NCBI GenBank assembly: GCA_963827755.1
Contig: CAWHCQ010000006.1
Location: 1 to 26,431, forward strand
From: an uncultured Gammaproteobacteria bacterium
Lineage (GTDB): Bacteria > Pseudomonadota > Gammaproteobacteria > UBA9214
Length of the DNA: 26,431 nt
Direction of reading: 5' to 3'
The notes beneath the pieces are model-generated. The model was not told the DNA's origin. It ran no database searches and was given only the letters and a program-made list of their open reading frames with translations. Shown piece by piece: positions 1 through 10,277 of this stretch; positions within the stretch are counted from its first letter, which is position 1; the number at the start of each line of letters is the position of its first letter. The position numbers and the translations under genes are program-made.

Positions 1-357
1 TCCCAGTGGAACAGGGTCAGCCAGGGTGTGATGCCGTGTTCCAGCAATTCATCAACCAGCCGGCTGTAGAAATCCAGCCCCTTCGCGTTGACGGCGCCGA
101 CACCGTCGGGAAGCACGCGCGGCCAGCTGACCGAGAACCGGTAGGCCTGCAGGCCGATGTCAGCCATCAGGCCGACATCTTCGCGGTAGCGGTGGTAATG
201 GTCACAGGCCACTTCACCGCGTGTCGCCATTCGTGATCTTGCCCGGCTGGCGGCCGAGCATGTCCCAGACGGAGTCGCCGCCCCCGTCCCGAAAGGCGGC
301 CCCCTCGACCTGGTAACTGGACGCGGCAGCGCCCCAGACAAAATCTTTTGGGAACAT
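1..357 (-). CDS. GH1 beta-glucosidase, 5' part (runs off the left edge; one frameshift near 220)
   Basis: ATG at 357 gives [20 protein letters not shown]...GDSVWD. After a 1-nt shift it continues [39 protein letters not shown]...TLFHW, the classic GH1 N-terminal signature. No signal peptide. Confidence 0.93.
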
Positions 358-1015
358 TCTGATTAGCCCTGGCTGGAAGAAGCCTGGATGATATAAAAGC
401 CTGGGCTCATACACCACGCGCTGACGGTGTCTGAGCCACCGGACGCGGCCTGGCTGCGGGGTTTCCCCGACCGGCTACCCTGCAGCCCGGGAAACAACCA
501 TGCGCGCGAGGCCCCACGATGACCCTGCTGCCCTGACACGCACTGGCAATGATGCCAGTGAAACGACCGACCGCGCCGGTCACTCTGCTCAAGCCCGCCT
601 CTTCCGTGCCTGGACTTGCAGCGCCCCGGGTACCGCGTCGGTGCGCTGCTGCCAAATCTTTCCGGACAGGAACCGACGACCCGGCCGGGGCTAGCCCCAT
701 GCTGAGAAGCTGGAACCCATCAATCCACTTGTCCGTCTTCAGCCACGACGACGGGAACGTACGTGTAATACGGCGGGGTCGGGGATGGCGGTGAGTCGAT
801 CTCCGTATAGTTGCACACAAACGGGGGCTTGGTTCCAATAATAGGCAAGTCAGGGTTGGGCATGAGTCCCGGTCCCGGATTTAACAGGGGGACGGGCGTT
901 TTCGCGCGTACCGATCAAGTAGGGCGCAGGTACGAAGGGAGGGTCGCCATCCGGACCGACAGGGGGAGGGTCTGACGCCAGTAGCGTTATTGTAGTGTTG
1001 GGAGGAGTGCCAGTA

Positions 1016-1819
1016 TTATCCACTATATAGTAGAGTCTTGGTTAATCTGAACGCTTCAGGTGGAACATACGTATACCCCCAATCGGCGAGCAGGCCTTCC
1101 ACTACAAAACTTCTCCCGGCCTGCCGGACTTGCGGAGGACTGGCTGGATCCGGGTCTTCAAAAAGATCGTTAAGCGTCGTTGTTGGACATAACAGGTCGT
1201 TTGCTGCCAATTTCCTCACCAGGACAGAGATCGGGTCGCCCAGCGGAAAATCAAAAAAGGTTGTCTCAGAGAAATAATTATCAAAAATTGACCGATAGGC
1301 TTTCAGGACCTGCGCGCGCAAGAGCGGATCCCTGGAACCTGGAGGCTGCGTGGTCCATAGCTCGTGCAATGCATTCGCAGCGTACCACTGGTTTTCTCCA
1401 CTGGACCGTTTCGCCAATGCCGTCGCCCAGAGATAAACACGCGACTTGGCACCGCCACCGGCAGCCGAGGGACGCAGCACCGCAATATCGTCCAGAAATT
1501 CGAACTTGTTTCCGTCTTCTCCCGTGTTGACGTCGAACTCGGTGATGATGGCCCTGCGATAGGGGTTTCGCGGGTCATTCAGGATGCAGGAATTATCTGT
1601 AAATTCTGGATCATCTGGATCTAAATATACTCCGGCATCCGGACAGTCCACCAGGCTAAGCTCATTATCAGTCGGCAGCGACAAGATGGCGGCAAGAATC
1701 TCTCCATCGCTATCGTCCGGCTCGCAACCCGTAGTGAGCGCTACGACCAGCCCAAGCAACAGTGCGAATGACCACCTGGAGGCCACTGGACTGGTCTGTT
1801 TCCTGTTTAGATTTTTCAT
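1016..1819 (-). CDS. Uncharacterised acidic lipoprotein (probably extends to a stop at 720 across two frameshifts)
   Basis: Basic N-terminus, hydrophobic stretch and lipobox LTTG-C, then an acidic tail EPDDSDGE. Starts 30 nt after the stop of the GH-barrel gene. No family recognised. Confidence 0.8.
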   Translation of the reverse strand: MKNLNRKQTSPVASRWSFALLLGLVVALTTGCEPDDSDGEILAAILSLPTDNELSLVDCPDAGVYLDPDDPEFTDNSCILNDPRNPYRRAIITEFDVNTGEDGNKFEFLDDIAVLRPSAAGGGAKSRVYLWATALAKRSSGENQWYAANALHELWTTQPPGSRDPLLRAQVLKAYRSIFDNYFSETTFFDFPLGDPISVLVRKLAANDLLCPTTTLNDLFEDPDPASPPQVRQAGRSFVVEGLLADWGYTYVPPEAFRLTKTLLYSG

Positions 1820-1849
1820 AAGTAGTAAACCTCGGCAATGCCTGTCCTG

Positions 1850-4800
1850 TTACTTGAAATTGTAGTCGAAGTAGAAAATCGTCATAAATCTATAGTCACC
1901 GAATGTTCCGAAATCGTCATCATTGTCAACCTTGTCATACGTCCTGTACAGCGCCCTGACACCGATTCTGCTGGAATCATCCTCTTCCTTGCGTTGATCA
2001 AGCAGGTACGCATAATCCAGTTTGTACTGACGCGGAAAGGTGATATTGAACTGGCGTTGGAAATCATACGGCCCCCAGGCATCCTTTTTTACGTAGCCTG
2101 AAAGTATATGCTTTTTATTAATGATGAACTTGGCATCCGCTTCATAGAATTTACGCGTACCACCCGTCGGGTCGCCCGTCGATTGCTGGTACCCGGCGAG
2201 AAGATTTGTGATCATTTTCAGATTGCGACTCGGATTGATCACTATCTTGCTACTGACATGCCATACATCCTCTGCCGGAAGTGGGGCAAAAAATGCATTT
2301 ACATCGAAGTCCTGATTAAAGTACGAGGTAGCATCTGTCGCAGTGGGGTACTCGGTATAACTGGCAACGACATTGAAGGCCAGGCCGGCATCTTCCTTTT
2401 CGTCGTTGTTCCAGTCATAGAAATAAGTGCCGCCCGTCTGGTCGTAGGTATAGACGATTTCGGCTGCCCTGGTCTCCCGGTTACCCCCCACCGCAAAGGG
2501 GTCAATCTCATCCCAACGGGGGGCTAGGCCGGCAAAGCCGCCCCCCGCGGGAATCAGCGGGTTGGCATCGACGAGATTATCCCGATACAGGAAGCGGGGA
2601 TAGATCATGTGGTTACCGAAATTGAATTTAAAGGCCGCTTCATATTCATACTTGTTGCCCTGGCCTGAATGTGCGCCAAATACCGGACCGGTAATGCCGA
2701 ATTCTTCGAGAGGTGCACCGCCGTCTGCCACGAGACCCGCATAGGTGGCAGCCAGTTCAACATTAACCAAATCAAATAATTTAAAGGTCGTTCTGCCTTT
2801 AATACCAAGCGTATCCTCAAAATCAATCTCGTCGACAATTACATTGCCATTATCATAACGACTGTATTCGTCATCCACTTTTTCGGTAGCGGACATGATG
2901 CCACCCAGTTCATATGTTGCGCCTCCAAGTTCTTTTTTTACATAAAGGGTGGTCGCGCGGGATTGCCTGACAGTTGCCTCGGTAAATGAAGCCGAATCAC
3001 CTGACCTTGCGACATCTTCAGAATGCAGAAATGTATAGTCGAGGCCGGCAAACCTGGAACTGTACTTGAGCATGACCTTTGGATTGGCGCCCCAGTAGAC
3101 TTCCGGGCCAAACAGCAGCGTTAAGCCTTCCAGGGATTTCTTGCCTTCGAATTCCACGCCGAATGGTGCCTTGGCGTTCCAGATATCCATACCATCCAAA
3201 TCCGTTGCTTCTCTCAGCAGGCCAAAAAAGTCGCCCTTGTTTTTCCAGTGATACCGCGGCACATGATAAAAGGCGGTAAAATCATATTTATCGCCCTCGT
3301 ACTTTCCATTGAAGTCATAAAGTTCAATTCTTTCACGATCATCGAGCTCCTCGATACCCGTACCAGGAGGACCACCCGGCGTAGGGGGGTGTAACCACGG
3401 GATAGGGGCAGACCGCGCCGGCCGTAGGTTATTTCAAAGTCATCCTTGTCGGCCACATTAGCGAGAATATTCACCGTGAATTGTCCATTGATTTTGTCAG
3501 TCGGCTGAAATGCAAAATCCAGGAAAGCCATTTGACCGTCGGTATAGTCGATCCCGTTCTCGCCATCTTCATCGATTGATTTTTCCGATCCCTTTAATAC
3601 GAATTCCCCCTCAAGGCTCCCGCCGGTGAAGCTCAGCATTTTCTTCTTTTCCTTGCTTTCACTTTTCAGCATACGGATATCACTCTTCAGGGCATAAAAT
3701 TCCATGTTGATATCCCTGAATGCCTGGTTGATCGCGTCTTTTTTGAACTTGTACGGATCGATGCGCCAGATCACTGAAAGCACATCGTAGGCCATTCTCG
3801 GTATGGCTTCATAGACGCCATCGGAATTTTGCGTACCAAGCCGGGTGATACCAAACCACTCCTCGTTCATGTTGTTCTTGCCTTCGACGAAATCAAAGGG
3901 ATAACCGCCGTTGGCCCAGGAGGCGTTGTTATCCTGTATATCCATGTTTTTCTGTTCTACGATGCCGAATTTCCACCATTCATCACGCCACTCGAAGACG
4001 AACCCCCCGATCGCGTTGCCTTCCTCACCGTTGCCGTAGCTCTTGTTATACATTTCCTGCCACTGTTCTTTCAGGATATAGGCCTGGGCTGCCTGGTCCT
4101 CAGCAAATTCCCTTGCATTAAAGGCGTCGCTGCCGAACTCAAAAAACACAACCGGCAGGTCCAGTTTTTCATCGACATCTTTCCACAGGTCGCTAAAGCC
4201 CTTGCCCCGGTAGACATTGGTTCCCAGTATGTCCAGACTCGGGACATACTCCTTGATCAGATCAATATACTGAAGATCGCCATTGACAATGGAAAACGGA
4301 TGATTGCTGTCTACACTTTTACCGGCCTCTATAACCTCGTTGTACAAGGAGTACAAATATTTGGCTTTTGCCTTATGTTGTTCACCGCTCGGGAGGTTTT
4401 CGATTTCACCGCTTGACCATTCGAGCGCATAGTTGCTTTCGTTACCAAAGGCAAACATCAGTACGCCCGGTGTGTCTTTATACTTTATTACCAGATCCTG
4501 CATATCTTTCTTGAGGGTCGCACGGGTGAGCTCATCGGCATAGTTGGTCCTGGGCACCCAGGTACCGCCGACGTTGTATCCATAGCGCCCCATGAGCGGA
4601 TTGATGACCGACATGATGCCGTGCTCTTTGTAGATATACGTCACCCACTTGGGCGGTATAAAACCAAAACTGCGGTTTGCATTCGCGCCTGCGGCTTTCA
4701 TCAAGCCGAATTCGTAGTCGAGAACCTTTTTGATGAACTCATCAGAATTTTCCCAGAGGTTGTACGAATAGTTCTCACCTCTCGGCGTATAGCCCCATAC

Positions 4801-4953
4801 AATGCCATTGACATAGAAGTCCTTGCCATTGACCTTCAGCTTCCAGCCGTTTTCATCCTTGTATGTCGTTACCTTGTCAGTTGCCTGTGCCTGGCTGACA
4901 AACGGGAGATAGCAAGCCAGTAGAATCGTTAAAACGCTGCAGACTTTCTTCAT
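1850..4953 (-). CDS. Clan GH-A (GH2/GH158-like) TIM-barrel glycoside hydrolase fused to a C-terminal probable outer-membrane beta-barrel; about 1030 aa once rejoined across indels at about 3380-3400
   Basis: Signal peptide MKKVCSVLTILLACYLPFVSQAQA; upstream in-frame ATGs reach 5094. Acid/base motif FAFGNESNY, nucleophile region PVVFFEFGSD and GGFVFEWRDEWWK. The shifted frame reads TPGGPPGTGIEELDDRERIELYDFNGKYEGDKYDFTAFYHVPRYHW into ORF 1850..3262. That half is rich in alternating amphipathic strands and ends FMTIFYFDYNFK. Confidence 0.8.
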
Positions 4954-5115
4954 ACATCCGATCAAATTTAAACCTGCCATAGTGCACACCCCGTATTTCC
5001 AGAGATAGTATTGTGAAGAATTTTCAGGATTCGCATTGTTTGAAGTCATTTTCGTTGTGTGTTTCATAGTCATTCCTGTGTGTATGTGGTTCATGCGAAG
5101 CCTGTCCTGATCCGG

Positions 5116-6832
5116 TTATAGTTGAACGCGAAGCGTCTGCAGGGCGTTTGCGGCTATGGTGACATCTGCGTATTGCGCCCCGATTTGCAGTACATAGCTA
5201 ACCGGCTGCCTGGTTGTATTCAGAACCTGGATAGTCAGAAGCCTGTCGTCGTTGATTGTGGCACTTGCGTGTATTGCATCGTCATCGAGGCCGTCCAGGT
5301 ACTTGTAGGCCTGAACGGCTTTATCACCCGGCCTTATCGTCCTGCTGAACTGGGCAAGTACATAGTAAATCGGCGTGTAGTATACCTGCTGCGTCGCCAC
5401 ATCGATCATGATCGGTGCGCCGCAAAAATTACCGACGTGGTTCGGGACCGCCATCCCGGTCGAGCACGATATTCCAGTCGATCCAGCCTGTCATCCAGTG
5501 ATTCAGGCTGACGATGATATTTCTTGCATAACGATGAACCGGTGTATAGATGGGGTGGTCCTCCATCTTCACCCAATCCCCCCAGGTGGCCGTGTAGGCC
5601 CAATCCGTCGCATTATCGTTCCACCAGAACGCATCATTGTCGAACCAACCGCTCTCCTGGAAACGCTCCGGATCGAGTATGCCGTCCGGCGCTTTCTTGC
5701 CCAGGTCATCGATCGTTCCTTCTGTATGGATGACCGCGAATTCCGGGTACTTTTCGTGCACCCGTCGAGCGTGTCCTCGTATACCTTGTAGGTGCTCGAA
5801 TACCAGTGCACCGCCATGCCGTAGACGTACCTTGCTGTTTCAGGATCTCCTAATATGGCATCCGCCCATGCTTCGAGGTGGTCCCGGTTCTGGTCATAAA
5901 CCAGCAGCTTGATATTACTGTTTTTGCCTGCATGCAACTTCGGCCCGAGGTGGTTTTTTACAAAATCGTTTTGTGATTCGGCCGAGAAATGCATGCTTTC
6001 CCAGTTCCCGCCATTGCCGAGAGGCTCGTTTACCGGGGTGATCCCCCAGATATCGACACCCTCTCCCCGATAGGCGTCGAGGTACCTGGTCAAGTAATCG
6101 GCGTATACGGGTACGTACTCTTTTTTCAGCGCTCCCCCGGTCCCTTGCCAGTTGTTTTCAGGAGACCCGGGGATGAACCACGTTTCAATATCTTTCATCC
6201 ATGGCGGAGCCGTCCAGGCCGAGGCGATGATTTTTAAATCCTTGTCCTGCTGCCTTGCCTTGATCGCCAACGCCTCCTTGATCATGGGCAGCAGGTCATA
6301 GGACGGGTCGCGCACCCCGGGGTATTTTTCCACCGGAAAACCCATGCTGTCCGGCGCGATGCTGAAATGTTTCAGCTGCGAATCACCCTCGACGTCCGCA
6401 TAGGAATATTTTCCCTCGACAGCAAAATCACTGGCCCCGATCATGGTCCGGGTCAGCGAGAAATTAGCACCGCTTTCACCGTAAATTTTCGTTCATTACC
6501 TCCTGTCTTTTGCGCTTGTCCAGATGCGCCAGTACAAAAGCGGACGACTCCGTAAAGGATGTCCCGATGCCGTCAATGGTTTGCTTGACCATGTCAGGCC
6601 TTATGACGACCAGGTTGCCGTGCGCGTAGCCTTTTTTAAACGCTATATTGTCCTGCCTGGACAACTTCTCACCGCTTTCTGCAGTGAGCAGGACTTCCAT
6701 TGTTTCGGTTATTTTGTAGTCTGTATCAGTAACTTTATACATGTTGGCTGCATTCTCGATATTCACTTTCTGACACGAGGTCAATATCAGGAAAAAACCT
6801 GCGATTGCCAGGGTGTTGATTGTCTTTTTCAT
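5116..6832 (-). CDS. GH30 (glucosylceramidase-like, probable beta-1,6-glucanase/debranching) lipoprotein; frameshifts near 6493, 5762 and 5450
   Basis: Lipoprotein signal MKKTINTLAIAGFFLILTS-C. Motifs QTIDGIGTSFTESSA, SLTRTMIGASDF, IIASAWTAPPWMK, catalytic PVNEP, YDQNR, AVHWY, catalytic HTEG, WIDWNIVLD..GGPNHVGNFCGAP, YYVLAQFSRTIRPG. Four ORF fragments join into one gene. Confidence 0.9.
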
Positions 6833-6907
6833 GTCATTTCCCGCATCCTGCTGTAAACAGGGCAAATACGGCACCTCATGGTGGTCGTGTTTTTCATAAT
6901 GCACATA

Positions 6908-7439
6908 TCAGCCTTTCAGCGATACAACCTTGCTGTCGCCCTGCTTCTCTTTGTTCAGTTTCTTATCATCGCAGGGCGGCACGACCAGCACCGGTACCTT
7001 TGCGTTGTGAAGCACGTGCCTTGCGGTGTCTCCCATCAGCGCCTCATTCAGCGTCCTTCCCCTGCCTCTCATTCCTATGACGATAAAATCGCTGTTTTTC
7101 TCCTTGGCAATCAGCAGAATCAGTTTGTCTGGAATGCCGATCTCCACGATGGTTTCATCAGCATCGGGATACTTGCTTTTATATTCGTCTTTTATATTGT
7201 CAATATAATTGTCCCTGGCACTCTGTAAATATTCCCTTCTGGCTTCCACCCATTTCTTTTCACTGGAGGACCTTCCCATGTTGATGTCGAATATCGACAG
7301 GTCAGGGACATCCTGGACAACACTGAGAACTGTCAGTTTTGCACCAAGCACCCTGGCCAAACCGAGCGCGTATTCATAGGCCTCCAGTGCACACGGTGAA
7401 TTGTCGGTTGCAAAAAGAATGTTGTTTAATCTTGTCCAT
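6908..7439 (-). CDS. Universal stress protein (UspA family); 1-nt frameshift near 7425
   Basis: The rejoined N-terminus reads MDKINNILFATDNSPCALEAYEYALGLARVLGAKLTVLSV. The C-terminal Usp motif is IVIGMRGRG...LMGDTARHVLHNAKVPVLVVP. Confidence 0.92.
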
Positions 7440-7453
7440 ATCAGGTTCTCAAT

Positions 7454-8523
7454 TCACTTGTCAGCGACATAGGTAATGTATTTCAGCGGCACGCCTTCGT
7501 AACCCCACGCCTTGATCTGTCTCGCCCAGCCGCCCAGGTTGGCTCTCGATACACGGATAAGATGCAGCTTGTTTATTTCTTCAACATCCTTCTCGAAATG
7601 TATCTTGTCGACGATTTTCTCAACGGACTCGCGGCCCCATTTGAAAGTCGGCTGCCCGAGCAACACCGGGACAATTCCTTTTTCCACGTAGGGGAGCTGC
7701 GCCGGCAAGGCATCAACCGCAACAATCTTCAATTTTTGAGGATCAATTTTGTCCATCAATGCTTCACTGAAGAAGGCCCATCCCCCGACCATTGCCCAAC
7801 CGCCGAGGTCAGGATAGGCCTTGTTGACCAGCAACACCTCGTCTGCAGCCTGCTGTGCTGTTTCTTCATGATTGAATACACCCACGATCTCCATCTCCGG
7901 GTACTTCAACGCCGCACTTTTAACGCCCTCAACCCGTTTTTGCAGGTTTGGAGCATTACTGCTTCCGGCCAGGATGGCGATTCGGCCCTTGTTGCCCATG
8001 AGTTGTGCCAGTTCATCCATGACACTCTCACCGAGCTCGACATCATCCGCCCCGTAGAATGCAAATCTTTTCGGATGCCGGTGCATCACTGTCAAAGGTC
8101 ATCACCGGCACACCGCGATCCACGGCCTTGTTGATTGCCGCTTCAAGCAGTTGCTCATTCGAACATGAAACCAGGATGGCATCCGTGCCTTCATCGACGG
8201 CGGCAAGGATCCGTTCCGCCTGGCCCCTGGCATCCTCCAGTAACGGGGTACGCCAGTCGATCTTGACGTCTATCTTGCTGTATTTATCCGACAATTTCTT
8301 TGCGGCCGCCTCCGCACCCAGTTTTGCCGACATGAAAACAGGATTGGTCTCGCTCTTGGCCACCATGGTAATGGTGATCGTCCTGACATCCTCGATTGCC
8401 GGTGTCATCAAAGTACTGGCAGCCGGCGACCATGAACAGTGCTACTGTATATCCTGCCATCCGGCAGAGTGTCGATGATTCTGTTCCTGTCATCGAAATC
8501 ATTTTCAGGAAGCCGCGCATCAC
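7454..8523 (-). CDS. Periplasmic sugar-binding protein (RbsB-like, PBP type 1), probable lipoprotein; frameshifts near 8405 and 8070; start uncertain (8460-8523)
   Basis: Signal-like VALFMVAG-C. Then ITMVAKSETNPVF...AINKAVDRGVPVMTFDSDAP, continuing RFAFYGADDVELG...IAILAG..NAPNLQKRVEG...IVAVDALP, typical of ribose/monosaccharide-binding proteins. Confidence 0.85.
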
Positions 8524-10008
8524 TCAGGCAATCTCCGTTGCGGCATGCGGCGGCATATCATCGTCGGCCACGGCAATTTTACCGCGCCGCTGCTCCAGTG
8601 CCCGGCGTATTTCATACGATCTTTCTTCGGTGATCTTGAATGACGCGACCGAGTAGATTGCTATCAGTGCGGCAGCCGCCGGAATCAGGGTGTCGCACAA
8701 TCTCATAAGGATGAAGGTATCATGATGTTTGTGCACCAACCATGGCGACATCAAAACCGGTCGAGTTAAGCAGGAATCCCGACATTCCAAATGCCAGGGC
8801 CATGCCAAGCTTGACCACCCACCAGTAGATCGATCCGAACATGCCCTCGCGCCGGTGACCGGTTTCAAGCTCGTCCAGGTCGCAGACATCGGCAATCATC
8901 GAACCCATCAGCGTAAACAGCCCTCCCATGCCGACGGCAATAAAGGGCGCCGGAATGAGCAGCTTCCAGATGACCAGCGGGTCGTAGCACCACCATTTCA
9001 GCAAACAGCCGAACAGGGTTACCGACGTTGCAATGATGAAGGTCCTGCGCTTGCCGATCCTGGTCAGACACCCAGGAAACCGCGGCGATGGAAATCAAGG
9101 TGGCGATTGTAGTGACGGTTCCATACAAGCCCATGTATTTGGCACCCAGGTCCGTGTCACCACCGGAGACGTAATAGATGGTTATGTATGAACCAAAAGA
9201 ACTGACAAGCATGATCCCGTTAAACAAAAAGAAGGTACCCGCACAGAGCTTGAGAAACTCCCGGACGTTTGATGGTAATCATGAAACCCCTGCCAAATTC
9301 TACAAGATTCTGGCGAAAACCCCTGGGTTTGTCAGCAGCATCCGTTGTTTCAGGAAGGGGCCGTTCACGGCAAAAAATCGCACTGCTTACACCGAGTACA
9401 GCAACGAAAACACCAATGATGATTGCCAGGGTGCGGGCGCCTTCGACCGAGTCGGAAAAAAACCGGTCATTTTCCATGATCGCATAAAACCAGGGGAGCG
9501 AGATCCATGAAAATTGCCCCATAAAATTCTGCGACGCCATGAGCCGTGTCCGCTCATGGTAATCGGGCGTCATTTCATAGCCGAGTGCAACCCAGGGTGT
9601 GGCAAACACGGTATAGGCGAGATAAAACAGGAAGGAACCCGCCAGGAAAAACCAGAAATAAAACATTTCACTGTAGCCGGCAGGCAGCTGCCACATCAGG
9701 GCGAAGATCAGCCCGACGAGGATCGAACCGATAAATATGTACGGCCGGCGCCGGCCGAATCGGGAGCGGGTGTTATCCGAAACATAACCCATCACCGGGT
9801 CGGTCAGGGCATCGGTGAAACGCGGAATCGCCTGCAGGGTTCCGACCAGCGCCGGGTTCATACCGAGGCCGACGTTGAGCACGATCGACATGTAGCCGAT
9901 GGCACCGCCGAGCATGTTGTTTGCAATCGCACCCAGACCATAGGCAAACTTTTGACCGAAGGAGAGGTGATCTTCCGGTGCCGTAACATGGTCTACATGC
10001 AAACTCAC
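8524..10008 (-). CDS. GPH family (MelB-like, MFS_2) sugar:cation symporter; frameshifts near 9265, 9065 and 8725
   Basis: GTG start after a GGGGGGAG RBS. Motifs KFAYGLG, DALTDPVMGYVSDNTRSRFGRRRPYI, ALGYEMTPDYHERTRL, MIADVCDLDELETGHRREGMFGSIYWWVVK, with multiple TM helices. Confidence 0.92.
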
Positions 10009-10277
10009 ACTCCCCCCTTGCCCGAATTGTTTCTAATAAACGCATCAACCGGGCCGATTTATTCTTTTCGCGCTAACTCCGATGCCGGCAACCCCGCACT
10101 GGCGCGCCCGGGCTGCCCTGTTGGTCTGCCGCCTGCAAGCGGCATGACCTGCACCCGTCGACGTCGATGTTCAGGCGCAAAAAACCATGCGCGACACCAA
10201 CTCCATGGGGCTTCTCAAGGCCGCCGCACAACCGGTCCGCTATCACGCTCCCCCGCCCGGCGAGACGGAGTGCGGGC

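Noticed and set aside
407-838. 143-aa minus-strand ORF and overlapping plus-strand ORFs
   Set aside because: Low-complexity Arg/Pro/Ala composition with no motif. Part of the region is better explained by the lipoprotein extension in another frame.
3370-3410. Programmed frameshift or phase variation between the GH domain and the barrel
   Set aside because: The junction lies within the barrel-like region, the G-runs are short, and similar indels pepper neighbouring genes.
6833-6904. His-rich N-terminal extension of GH30 (MHYEKHDHHE...)
   Set aside because: A canonical lipoprotein signal starts at ATG 6832, so the upstream codons are probably untranslated.
496-10193. Shared 11-mer AACCATGCGCG at 496 and 10183
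   Set aside because: Only two copies, not palindromic, and the flanks do not align; chance cannot be excluded.
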